This document shows, one piece after another, positions 1-8,778 of a stretch of DNA of 25,089 nt. Origin of the DNA: Alphaproteobacteria bacterium (GTDB lineage Bacteria; Pseudomonadota; Alphaproteobacteria; ATCC43930; CGMCC-115725); contig JASHRZ010000457.1 of the NCBI GenBank assembly GCA_030037055.1, positions 1 through 25,089 of the forward strand, in the 5' to 3' direction. The notes below the pieces were generated by a model. It was not told the origin of the DNA. It made no database searches and saw only the letters and a list, made by a program, of their open reading frames with translations. Each line of letters starts with the position of its first letter. The first letter of the stretch is position 1. The position numbers and the translations under genes are program-made.

Positions 1-918
1 CACCACAGCCCGGCGCAGCACCTGCTCGGCCCCGGGCAGCGCCGCGAGGCGGCTTGCGATCTGACCGCCGGTGAAGGTCTCGACAAGGGCCAGCGAAGAG
101 CCGCGCGCGCCGAGCGCGGCGAGTACGACGCCTTCGAGCGTCTGGTCGTCCTCGGCGACAATAAAATTGCCGAGCCGCCGGCGCAGCTCCGCCGCCACCG
201 GGGCGAGCTTCAGCGCCGCTTCCTCCGCGCTGGCGCCGCGCACGGCGAGCTTCGTCTCAAGCTGCGGGTAATGCGCGCGGAAGCCGAGCTTTACGCCGCC
301 GCCGGGCACCAGCGTCTCGATGCCGGCGAGCAAGGCGTCGACATGCGATTCGCCCAGGCCGTAGGAATGGAACCGCTTGAGAAGGATTACATTCTGCCGC
401 CCGCTGCGCGCCAGCAGCCGCGGGACGACCTGCTCCTCGAGCATGCGCCGCATCTCGCGCGGCACGCCCGGGGTGAAGAAGAAGCGTGCCTTGCCGATAT
501 CGAGCGCGAATCCGCAGGCGGTGCCGATGGGATTGTCGAGCCGCTCCGCCGTCGCCGGCAGCATCGCCTGCTTGCGGTTGTTGGGCGGCATCGTCCGGCC
601 GCGCCGGTGGAAGAACGCCTCCATCCACGCGAGCCAGACCTCGTCGAGGACGAGATCGACGCCCGCGGCGCGGGCGGCGACCTCTTGCGACAGATCGTCG
701 ACGGTGGGGCCGAGGCCGCCATTCACCACCACCGCCTCGGCGCGCTCTGCCGCGAGGCGGAAGGCGTGGAGCAGCGCCTCCCGGTCGTCGCCGACGATCG
801 TCCCCCAGCGCACGGCTAGTCCGACGTCCTCGAGCCTCTGGCTCATATGGCTGAAATTGGTGTTCAGGGTCTTGCCGGTGAGGACTTCGTCGCCGGTGCA
901 GATGATCTCGATGCGCAT
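1..918 (-). CDS. cinA: CinA family protein (N-terminal molybdopterin-binding-like/COG1058 domain plus C-terminal PncC-like domain); 3' end lies outside the window
   Basis: Manual translation from ATG at 918: MRIEIICTGDEVLTGKTLNTNFSHMSQRLEDVGLAVRWGTIVGDD...VVVNGGLGPTVDD...FFFTPGVPREM...FHSYGLGES...TLEGVVLAALGARGSSLALVETFTGGQIA. The frame is open to position 1, so it is missing from the ORF track (no stop in window). Confidence 0.92.
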   Translation of the reverse strand, partial: MRIEIICTGDEVLTGKTLNTNFSHMSQRLEDVGLAVRWGTIVGDDREALLHAFRLAAERAEAVVVNGGLGPTVDDLSQEVAARAAGVDLVLDEVWLAWMEAFFHRRGRTMPPNNRKQAMLPATAERLDNPIGTACGFALDIGKARFFFTPGVPREMRRMLEEQVVPRLLARSGRQNVILLKRFHSYGLGESHVDALLAGIETLVPGGGVKLGFRAHYPQLETKLAVRGASAEEAALKLAPVAAELRRRLGNFIVAEDDQTLEGVVLAALGARGSSLALVETFTGGQIASRLAALPGAEQVLRRAVV

Positions 919-1058
919 AAAGAACCCGGGTGCTTTCGCCTGGCGCCCATGATATCCGGTGCGCCGCGCAAAAGCAGTCGTCGGCGCCGACGCAAACCCG
1001 CCCTCTGGCACGGCTACGGCGCCGCGTCAAGCCGTTGTCACGGGCTTGTGAGGGCGCC

Positions 1059-1493
1059 TTAGGTGGCGCCGGCGATGAAGTTGCGGAGCGAGTTCGTCTC
1101 GTACTCCATCTCGTCGAGCCGTGCCTTGACCACGTCGCCGATGCTGACGATGCCGGCGAGCAGCCCGTCGCGCAGCACCGGGATATGGCGGATGCGCCGC
1201 TGCGTCATCTCGGCGGCGAGGTCGGCGACGTTGTCGCGCGGCGTGCAGGTAAAGACGCGCCGCGTCATGAGCTGCTCGACCTTGGCCTCGAGAAGGTTGC
1301 TGCCGAGCCCGGCGAGGCCATGGACGATATCGCGCTCGGACAGGATGCCGTCGACTGTGCCGCCGTCGCGGCTCACGACCAGCGCGCCAACCCGCTCGCG
1401 CTGGAGTGTCGCGGCCGCGGCGGCGATGCTGGCCTGCGGCGAGATGGTGGCGACCCGGGTACCCTTGCCGCGCAGAATGGCTTCGACATTCAT
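1059..1493 (-). CDS. CBS-domain protein (tandem CBS pair, 144 aa)
   Basis: MNVEAILRGKG...VGALVV...GILSERDIV...LMTRRVFTC...RRIRHIPV...GIVSIGDVVK. GGAGGA RBS upstream of ATG 1493; the longer TTG start at 1646 is unlikely. Confidence 0.93.
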   Translation of the reverse strand: MNVEAILRGKGTRVATISPQASIAAAAATLQRERVGALVVSRDGGTVDGILSERDIVHGLAGLGSNLLEAKVEQLMTRRVFTCTPRDNVADLAAEMTQRRIRHIPVLRDGLLAGIVSIGDVVKARLDEMEYETNSLRNFIAGAT

Positions 1494-1649
1494 CGGTGTC
1501 TCCTCCAGACGAACCGAGGCGACCCTGATCGGTGCGGCAACGGGGCCGCCATTTTTTTGAAGCCGACGCCGGCCGAGCAGGACCGGCTCCGGCGCACCGG
1601 CAAACAGTCTATGCCGAAGCCTTACTGCCTCCAATGGGCGACCCAAAAA

Positions 1650-1674
1650 TGACGCAGCGTCAATGGTTTGACGC
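1650..1674. promoter_or_regulatory. Overlapping palindromes in the divergent CBS/dcp intergenic region (candidate operator)
   Basis: TGACGC-A-GCGTCA (1650-1662) overlaps GCGTCAA-TGGT-TTGACGC (1657-1674), giving three TGACGC/GCGTCA half-sites. Confidence 0.3.
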
Positions 1675-1701
1675 CTAGCATCCTGAGCCGGTCGTTAATC
1701 T

Positions 1702-3759
1702 TTGGCGCCGCCGGCCGTTCCGCTAGAGACTTACGAGATAACGCACAATCCCTTCTTCGAGCGCTGGACGACGCCGTTCGGCCTGCCGCCCTTCGATCCC
1801 ATCCGGCCCGAGCATTTCCCGCCTGCCTTCGACCGCGCCATCGCCGAACAGCGCGTTGAGATCGCCGCCATCGCACGGAATCCGCAGCCGCCGAGCTTTC
1901 CCAACACCATCCAAGCGATGGAGCGCAGCGGCCGATTGCTCAGCCGGGTGAGCAAGGTGTTCGCCAACCTCAACGCCAGCAGCACCAGCGAGGCGCTCGA
2001 GGCGGTGGCACGCGCCTACGCGCCGAAGCTCGCCCAGCACCGCATGCACATCGCCCTCGACCCCGAACTCTTCCGCCGCGTCGCCGATCTGCAGGCGCGC
2101 CGCGATGCGTTGAAGCTCGCGCCTGATCAGCACCGCCTCCTCGCGCACCTCAACCAGTGCGCCAGGGCGCGCTGCTGGCGCCGGAGGCGAAGGCACGCCT
2201 GCAATCGCGGAGCGGCTCGCCACCCTCCAGACGCTGTTCGCTCAGAACGTGCTGCATGACGAGAAGGCGTGGCATTTGGCCCTCGGCGAGGAGGATCTCG
2301 AAGGGCTCCCGGGCTTTGTCCGTGCCGCCGCCGCCGAGACGGCGCGCGAGCGCGGCATCGCCGGGGGTTACGTCGTCACGCTCTCCCGCTCCTCGGTCGA
2401 GCCATTGCTCAGCTTCTCGGCGCGGCGCGATCTCCGGCGTGCGGTATTCGACGCTGGATGCGCCGCGGCGCCCAGCCTGGCGCGCACGACAACCCGCCGC
2501 TTATCCGCGAGATCGCGGTCTTGCGTGCCGAGCAGGCGCGGCTTCTCGGCTATGACGACTATGGGGCCTACGCGCTCGACAATTCCATGGCCAAGGACGC
2601 CGCCGCGGTCGATCGTCTGTTGCTGGAGGTATGGGCGCCGGCCAGGCGCAAGGCCATCGCCGAGGCGGCCGAGCTGGAGGCGCTGGCACAGGCGCAAGGC
2701 CTCAACGCGGCGATCGAGCCTGGGACTGGCGCTATTATGCCGAGAAGCTGCGGCGCGGCCGCTATGCTGTCGACGAGGCCAAGGTGAAGCCCTATTTCGC
2801 CCTCGAGGACATGGTGCGCGCCGATTTCGACACCGCCGGGCGGCTTTTCGGGCTCAGCTTCATCGAGCGCCACGGCTTGCCGCTCTATCACCTGGACGTG
2901 CGCGCCTATGAGGTGCGCCACCGCGAGGGCGGGACCATCGGTCTCTTCCTGCACGACAATTTCGCTCGTCCCGACAAGCGTTCCGGCGCCTGGATGAGCA
3001 GCTATCGCGACCAGGAATCCATCGACGGCGAAGTCGCGCCGATCGTCGTGAACAACAACAATTTCGCCAAGGGCGCGCCGGCTCTGCTGAGCTTTGACGA
3101 GGCTAGGACGCTGTTCCACGAATTCGGTCATGGGCTGCACGGGCTGCTCAGCCGCGTGCGCTACCCCAGGCAATCGGGCACCGCGGTGCGGCGCGACTTC
3201 GTTGAGTTCCCGTCGCAGATTTACGAGCGTTGGATGTCGGTGCTGGAGACGCTGCGGCACTATGCCCGGCACCACGAGACGGGCGTGGCTCTGCCGGAGG
3301 CGTTGCAGCAGCGTCTGCTCGCTTCGCGCAACGTCAACCAGGGCTTCGCCACGATCGAGTACACCCGCCGCGCTGTTCGACCTCGCGCTTCACCGCCACG
3401 CCGCGCCCGAGGGCCTCGATCCCGACGCCTTCGAGCGCGAGGTGCTGGCGCGGATCGGGATGCCCGCCGCGATCCCGCTCCGTTACCGCCTGGCGCATTT
3501 CCAGCACCTCTTCGCCGGCAGCAGCCACGCCGCGGGCTATTACGCCTATGTCTGGGCGGAGACGCTCGACGCCGACATCTTCGCCGCCTTCGCCGAGGCG
3601 GGCGACGCGTTCGATCCCGCTCTCGCCGCGCGGCTCGAACGCATCTACGCCGCCGGCGACAGAGAGGATCCGATGGCGCTCTACATCGCCTTCCGCGGCC
3701 GCGCGCCGCGCATCGACGCGCTGCTCAGACAGCGCGATCTTGCCAAGACAGGCTCCTGA
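1702..3759 (+). pseudogene. dcp: M3A peptidyl-dipeptidase (Dcp-like), broken by at least five frameshifts
   Basis: Segments in alternating frames: NPFFERWTTPFGLPPFDPI / RQGALLAPEAKARL / TLFAQNVLHDE...VVTLSRSSVEP / DNPPLIREIAVLRAEQARLLGY / WDWRYYAEKLR...KRSGAWMS...LFHEFGHGLH...DFVEFPSQ / HLFAG...AGYYAYVWAE...FRGRAP. Frame changes near 2157, 2200, 2456, 2720 and 3366; stop at 3757-3759. The start is uncertain. Confidence 0.88.
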
Positions 3760-3797
3760 CGCAGAGCCGCCCCCTAGCGCTGCGCGCGGCAACGGGG

Positions 3798-3826
3798 TGG
3801 CGAAGCGCCGGCAGCGAGCCTACACT
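3798..3826 (+). promoter_or_regulatory. Possible sigma70 promoter for gloB-LLM
   Basis: TGGCGA-N17-TACACT, ending 33 nt upstream of the ATG at 3860. Confidence 0.3.
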
Positions 3827-3859
3827 CCGTCTCTACGGCCGCACATCACGGGACACGCC

Positions 3860-4651
3860 ATGCTCGTCGAGCAGATCTGGACCGCCAACGCCTTCCGCAA
3901 CTTCAATTACCTCATCGCCTGCGCCGAGACCGGGGAGGCGCTGGCCGTCGATCCATTGGACCATGAGAAATGCCTGGCTGCGGCCAAGGCCAAGGGCTGG
4001 ACCATCACGCAGATTCTCAACACCCATGAGCACCGCGACCACATCGGCGGCAACGCGGCGATGGTCGCGGCCACCGGCGCCAAGCTGCTGGCGCACGCCA
4101 ACGCTAAGGACAAGATCCCGGGCATGGATCGCGGATTGCGTGCCGGCGACGCGATCAGGATCGGCAGGACGGTCGAGCTCCAATGCCTGGACACGCCGGG
4201 ACACACCATGTGCCACATCTGCCTCCTGGCGCAGGACGACCGGCCGGCCCTCTTCTGCGGCGACACGCTGTTCAATGCCGGCGCCGGCAATTGCCACAAT
4301 GGCGGCCATCCCAGCGAGCTCTACAACACCTTTGCCGGGCAGCTCGCCAAGCTGCCGGAGGCGACGCTGATCTATCCCGGCCATGACTACATCGTGCGCA
4401 ATCTCGGCTTCACCCTCGACCGCGAGCCGGACAACGCCAAGGCCCGATCGCTGCTGCCGGCGATGGAAAAGCAGGATCCAGCGAAGCCGCTGGTCACGAC
4501 GTTGAAGCTCGAGAAGGAGATCAACACCTTCTTCCGGCTCACCAGCCCCTCGGTGATCGCCCGCCTGCGCGAGGCTTTTCCCGACCTCCCCGACACTCCC
4601 GATGAGAAGACGGTTTTCCTGAAGCTGCGGGAGCTGCGGAACAGGTGGTGA
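3860..4651 (+). CDS. gloB: Hydroxyacylglutathione hydrolase (glyoxalase II)-like metallo-beta-lactamase-fold protein
   Basis: NFNYLI...AVDP...ILNTHEHRDHIGGN (THxHxDH), TPGHT, LFCGDTLF, YPGHDY, and the C-terminal TTLKLEKEINTFFR...FLKLRELRNRW typical of GloB. True start is ATG 3860; the long 3230 ORF is read-through. Confidence 0.85.
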   Translation: MLVEQIWTANAFRNFNYLIACAETGEALAVDPLDHEKCLAAAKAKGWTITQILNTHEHRDHIGGNAAMVAATGAKLLAHANAKDKIPGMDRGLRAGDAIRIGRTVELQCLDTPGHTMCHICLLAQDDRPALFCGDTLFNAGAGNCHNGGHPSELYNTFAGQLAKLPEATLIYPGHDYIVRNLGFTLDREPDNAKARSLLPAMEKQDPAKPLVTTLKLEKEINTFFRLTSPSVIARLREAFPDLPDTPDEKTVFLKLRELRNRW

Positions 4652-4678
4652 CGGCCGGGCGAGCGTCCCTGTGCGCCG

Positions 4679-5698
4679 ATGATCCCGTTCTCCGTCCTCG
4701 ATCTCTCCCCGATCGTCGCCGGCGGCGACGCCGCCCAGGCCTTGCGCAACACCCTCGATCTCGCCCGCCACGCCGAGCGCTGGGGCTACCATCGCTATTG
4801 GCTGGCGGAGCATCACAACATGCCGGGCATCGCCAGCGCCGCGACCGCGGTGGTGATCGGGCATGTCGCCGGCGGCACCTCGACCATCCGCGTCGGCGCT
4901 GGCGGCGTGATGCTGCCCAACCATGCGCCGCTGGTGATCGCCGAGCAGTTCGGCACGCTGGAGGCGCTCTATCCCGGCCGCATCAATCTCGGCCTCGGCC
5001 GCGCGCCGGGGACCGATCCGCTTACCGCCCGCGCGCTGCGGCGCAATCTCGCCGGCGACGAGGATGACTTTCCACAGGCCGTGGTCGAGCTCATGAGCTA
5101 TTTCCGCCCGGTTGAGCCGGGTCAGCGCGTGCGCGCCATTCCCGGCGCCGGCCTTGCCGTGCCGATCTGGCTCCTGGGGTCCAGCCTGTTCGGCGCGGCA
5201 CTTGCCGCGGCGCTCGGCTTACCCTTCGCCTTCGCCTCCCATTTCGCGCCGGCCCAGATGATCACGGCGATCGAGCTCTATCGCAGCCGCTTCCGCCCCT
5301 CGGGTCCTGCCGCCGAGCCGCGAGTCATGCTCGGCCTCAGCGTCTTTGCCGCCGATACCGACGATGAGGCACGGCATCTCTTTACGTCGCTCCAGCAGGC
5401 CTTCGTCAATTTGCGCCGCGGCCAGCCGGGGCCGCTGCCGCCGCCGGTCGACGACATCAAGGCGCATCTCTCGCCGCTGGAACTGTCGATGCTCGCCCAT
5501 TCGCTCTCTTGCGCGGTAGTGGGCTCGCCCGAGACCGTGCAGCGCGGGCTCGACGCCTTCATCGCGCGCACCAGCGCCGACGAGCTCATGATCACGGCGC
5601 AGATCTTCGACCACGCGGCACGCCTGCGCTCCTTCGAGATCACGGCCGAAGTCCACCGCGATCTCGCCGATGCGGCGGCGCCGGCCCGTTCGGGTTGA
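4679..5698 (+). CDS. Luciferase-like (LLM class) flavin-dependent oxidoreductase
   Basis: FSVLDLSP...[16 protein letters not shown]...[42 protein letters not shown]...IWLLGSS...FAFASHF. Confidence 0.93.
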   Translation: MIPFSVLDLSPIVAGGDAAQALRNTLDLARHAERWGYHRYWLAEHHNMPGIASAATAVVIGHVAGGTSTIRVGAGGVMLPNHAPLVIAEQFGTLEALYPGRINLGLGRAPGTDPLTARALRRNLAGDEDDFPQAVVELMSYFRPVEPGQRVRAIPGAGLAVPIWLLGSSLFGAALAAALGLPFAFASHFAPAQMITAIELYRSRFRPSGPAAEPRVMLGLSVFAADTDDEARHLFTSLQQAFVNLRRGQPGPLPPPVDDIKAHLSPLELSMLAHSLSCAVVGSPETVQRGLDAFIARTSADELMITAQIFDHAARLRSFEITAEVHRDLADAAAPARSG

Positions 5699-5711
5699 CG
5701 CGATCAGTTGC

Positions 5712-5740
5712 TTGCGAAGCGCCGCCTCGGTCGCTAAGGC
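5712..5740 (+). promoter_or_regulatory. Possible sigma70 promoter for the MDR oxidoreductase
   Basis: TTGCGA-N17-TAAGGC upstream of the AAGGAG RBS and GTG 5771. Confidence 0.25.
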
Positions 5741-5770
5741 AACGAACGGAAAGTTGCCAAGGAGACGGCC

Positions 5771-6718
5771 GTGAAGGCGGTGCTGTTGATGGGGCATGGC
5801 GGGCCGGAGATGCTGCGCTACGGCGAGGCTCCGGATCCGGTTGCGGGGCCCGGCGAAGTCGTAGTCGACATCCACGCCGCCAGCGTCAATGCCGCCGATT
5901 GGAAGGTGCGGCGGGGCGGCGGCCGCTATACGCTCACCCGCTTCCCGCACATTCTCGGCCGCGATTTCTCCGGGGTGGTGAGCGCGCTCGGTGCCGGCGC
6001 CGTCGATCTCGCGCTGGGCGACGCGGTGTTCGGCGTCACCGAGCAAGGCGTCGAAGGCGCCTATGCGGAAAAGATCGCCATCAAAGCGGCGATCCTCGCC
6101 AAAAAGCCCGACCATCTCGGCCATGGCGAAGCGGCTGCCTTGGCGCTCACCGGCCTCACCGCGCTCTGGGCGATCGAGGACACGGCGAAGCTCAATGCCG
6201 GCGAGACCGTTCTGATCCAGGGCGGCGCCGGCGGCGTGGCCGGCTTTGCCATTCAGCTCGCAAAGCACATCGGGGCCACAGTGATCTCCACCGCCAGCGC
6301 TGGCAATCACGCCTATGTGCGCGGCCTCGGCGCCGACCGCGTCATCGACTACAACGCCGAGGATTTCGCTGACGCCGTCTCCGGCTGCGATGTCGTGTTC
6401 GACACGGTGGGTGGGGCCGTACAGGTCGCTTGTTACGCCGTGCTGAAGCCTGGCGGGCGCCTGGTCTCTATCGCACCGGCACCGGAGGGATTCAAGCCGA
6501 CGCGCCGGGACGTGACGACGCTGCGCCCCAATGTGCTGCGCGACCGCGCGCATCTCGAACGAATCCTGGCGCTGCTCGAGGCCGGCGCGGTCCGCCCGCC
6601 GAACATTGTCCACTACAAGCTCGCCGAGGCGGTCGCAGCGCATCGCGTCAGCGAGGGGCGCCACCTCCAGGGCAAGCTTGTCTTCGACGTTCGTCGAGCT
6701 GAGCCGGACACCGAATGA
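5771..6718 (+). CDS. NAD(P)-dependent MDR-family (zinc-free quinone-oxidoreductase-like) oxidoreductase
   Basis: MKAVLL...GGPEML...VHAASVNAADW, ILGRDFSGVV, GAYAE, VLIQGGAGGVAGFAIQLAK, LGADRVIDY, DVVFDTVGG, GKLVF. No Cys zinc ligands. AAGGAG RBS. Confidence 0.92.
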   Translation: MKAVLLMGHGGPEMLRYGEAPDPVAGPGEVVVDIHAASVNAADWKVRRGGGRYTLTRFPHILGRDFSGVVSALGAGAVDLALGDAVFGVTEQGVEGAYAEKIAIKAAILAKKPDHLGHGEAAALALTGLTALWAIEDTAKLNAGETVLIQGGAGGVAGFAIQLAKHIGATVISTASAGNHAYVRGLGADRVIDYNAEDFADAVSGCDVVFDTVGGAVQVACYAVLKPGGRLVSIAPAPEGFKPTRRDVTTLRPNVLRDRAHLERILALLEAGAVRPPNIVHYKLAEAVAAHRVSEGRHLQGKLVFDVRRAEPDTE

Positions 6719-7377
6719 CGAAGTCGCAGGCCCGTCCTGTCGCGGACAGGCTGCTGGTGACGAATATCAGACGGAACGCATCCGCCGTCGCGCCGCCTGA
6801 TTGGTCCCGATGCCATGCGGCGGTTTAGCCGCAGGCCGAATCGTCAACGACTGCGTTCACAGCCGCCCGCGATTTGACGGTTGGATAACCAGACGGAACC
6901 GGTTTCACCCCCGTCGCATCCGATCCGACTGCGACCATACTTGGCAGACCCTATTGCAAGTCACTGCTGGTAGGTCATACGGGAAGGCGATATCCTCTTT
7001 CCTGGCAAGTTTGTCGCGCCCCAGTCGCTGTGTACTCCGGCCTTGGGAATCCTGCCGCACATTGGCGTTTCGGACCATGTCCGGCTGCTCGCCGGTGCCG
7101 ACGAGGGTCATCGAGTGACAGAGTGGACCCCACGGCGGGCGGGCATCATGCCGCCAGGAGGATCGCCCGACGGGGTAAGCAAATGACGACGCCGCTCGAC
7201 GATGCGGAAGCCGATCTTCGGCAGATCATTGCCGCGGGCTCCGACGCCGCCGCGCCGAAATCGATGCAACTCGACGCGCATGGTAACTTCGGTTCAGATC
7301 GACGCCATATGCACGGGCACAGGAGCCGAACCTATAAAGGCCGCTGTGCATCTCGCCGCCAATAGGGAGGTATTGCC

Positions 7378-8778
7378 ATGACAATGAGGCCTGATCCGAC
7401 CTTCCACGCATCGCCGAAGCTCGCGATGGAAGCTCCGCCGGAGAACTTCGCCTATACTTTGCTCCTCAGCCCGGACTTCTCGAAGCCCGACGCGCTCGCA
7501 GTAATCGACGTGAAGCGCGGCTCGCCGACCTTCAGTCAGGTCGTCCACACGGTGGCGATGCCGTATAAGGGCGACGAGTTCCACCATTTCGGCTGGAATG
7601 CCTGCTCCTCGGCATTGTCGCCGCTCACCGGCCATGCCTTCCTCGAGCGGCGCTACTTGATCATCCCCGGAATCCGGTCTTCGCGCATTTATGTCGTGGA
7701 TACGAAGCCGGATCCCACCAAGGCGAAAATTCACAAGATCATCGAGCCCGAAGAGGTCTTTAAGAAAACCGGATACTCGCGGCCTCATACGGTCCATTGC
7801 GGGCCCGAAGGCATTTACGTCAGCACCCTCGGCGGCGGCGGCAAGAATGGCACCGATGGGCCGGCCGGCATCTTCATCATGGACTGCGAGACGTTTGACA
7901 TTCTCGGGCGCTGGGAGATCGATCGTGGACCGCAGCAACTGCACTATGACTTCTGGTGGAACCTGCCGCGCGACTATATGGTGACGAGCGAGTGGGCGCT
8001 GCCGCCGCAATTCGAGAACGGGATCGTCCCAGAGGACCTGCTCTCGAACAAGTACGGCCATCGCATCCACTTCTGGAATCTCCGGGCCCGGCGCAACGTC
8101 CAGACGATCGATCTCGGAGCCAACCACCAGATGGCGCTCGAGGTGCGTCCGGCGCACGATCCCGTTCGCGAGTACGGCTTCATGGGCGTCGTGGTCGACA
8201 CGACGAATCTCGAAGGCTCGATCTGGACTTGGTGGCGCGAAAGCGGCAAGTTCCGCATCGAGAAGACGGCGACGATCCCGCCAGAGCCCGCGCCCAAGGA
8301 CCAGCTGCCACCCCTCCTGCAGGGGTTCGGCGCGGTGCCGCCGCTGGTGACCGACATCGACCTCTCCATGGATGACCGGTTCCTCTACGTCTCCTGCTGG
8401 GGGACCGGCGAAATGCGTCAGTACGACGTCACCGATCCAAGGAAGCCGAAGCTTGCGGGTTCGGTGCGCATCGGCGGCATTGCCCGCCGCACGCCCCATC
8501 CGAGCGGAAAAGCCTATGCAGGCGGTCCGCAGATGGTCGAGATCAGTCGTGACGGCAAGCGGGTTTACTGGACCAACTCGCTCTACTCGACCTGGGACAA
8601 CCAGTTCTACCCCGACGGCGTGCCGGGCGCCGAGGTCATGGCCAATGCGGGCCCGAACGGCGGTCTTGAGCTGGCTAAGGAGTATTGGGTGAGCTTTCCC
8701 GCCGGCTACCGCTCGCATCAGATCCGGCTCGAGGGCGGCGACTGCTCGACGGATTCCTTCTGCTATCCCTCGGTTTGA
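7378..8778 (+). CDS. Selenium-binding protein SBP56 / SELENBP1-like methanethiol oxidase homolog, no signal peptide
   Basis: EFHHFGWNACSS, SSRIYVVD, RPHTVHC, YDFWW, YGHRIHFW, ALEVRPAH, DIDLSMDDRFLYVSCWG, GGPQMVEISRDGKRVYWTNSLYSTWDNQFYP, IRLEGGDCSTD. GGAGG RBS. Confidence 0.93.
   Translation: MTMRPDPTFHASPKLAMEAPPENFAYTLLLSPDFSKPDALAVIDVKRGSPTFSQVVHTVAMPYKGDEFHHFGWNACSSALSPLTGHAFLERRYLIIPGIRSSRIYVVDTKPDPTKAKIHKIIEPEEVFKKTGYSRPHTVHCGPEGIYVSTLGGGGKNGTDGPAGIFIMDCETFDILGRWEIDRGPQQLHYDFWWNLPRDYMVTSEWALPPQFENGIVPEDLLSNKYGHRIHFWNLRARRNVQTIDLGANHQMALEVRPAHDPVREYGFMGVVVDTTNLEGSIWTWWRESGKFRIEKTATIPPEPAPKDQLPPLLQGFGAVPPLVTDIDLSMDDRFLYVSCWGTGEMRQYDVTDPRKPKLAGSVRIGGIARRTPHPSGKAYAGGPQMVEISRDGKRVYWTNSLYSTWDNQFYPDGVPGAEVMANAGPNGGLELAKEYWVSFPAGYRSHQIRLEGGDCSTDSFCYPSV

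Noticed and set aside
780-845. Suspected frameshift in cinA near the C-run at 802-806
   Set aside because: A careful recount gives TGG GGG ACG ATC in frame; the gene is continuous from 918 to the window edge.
3230-3859. Apparent dcp-gloB fusion or long N-terminal extension (ORF 3230-4651)
   Set aside because: The upstream part is an off-frame reading of dcp. GloB similarity starts at ATG 3860, which has its own promoter-like motif.
6768-6899. Repeated GGAAC words as ECF/EcfG sigma promoters
   Set aside because: No matching -10 element (CGTT/GTC-type) at the expected spacing.
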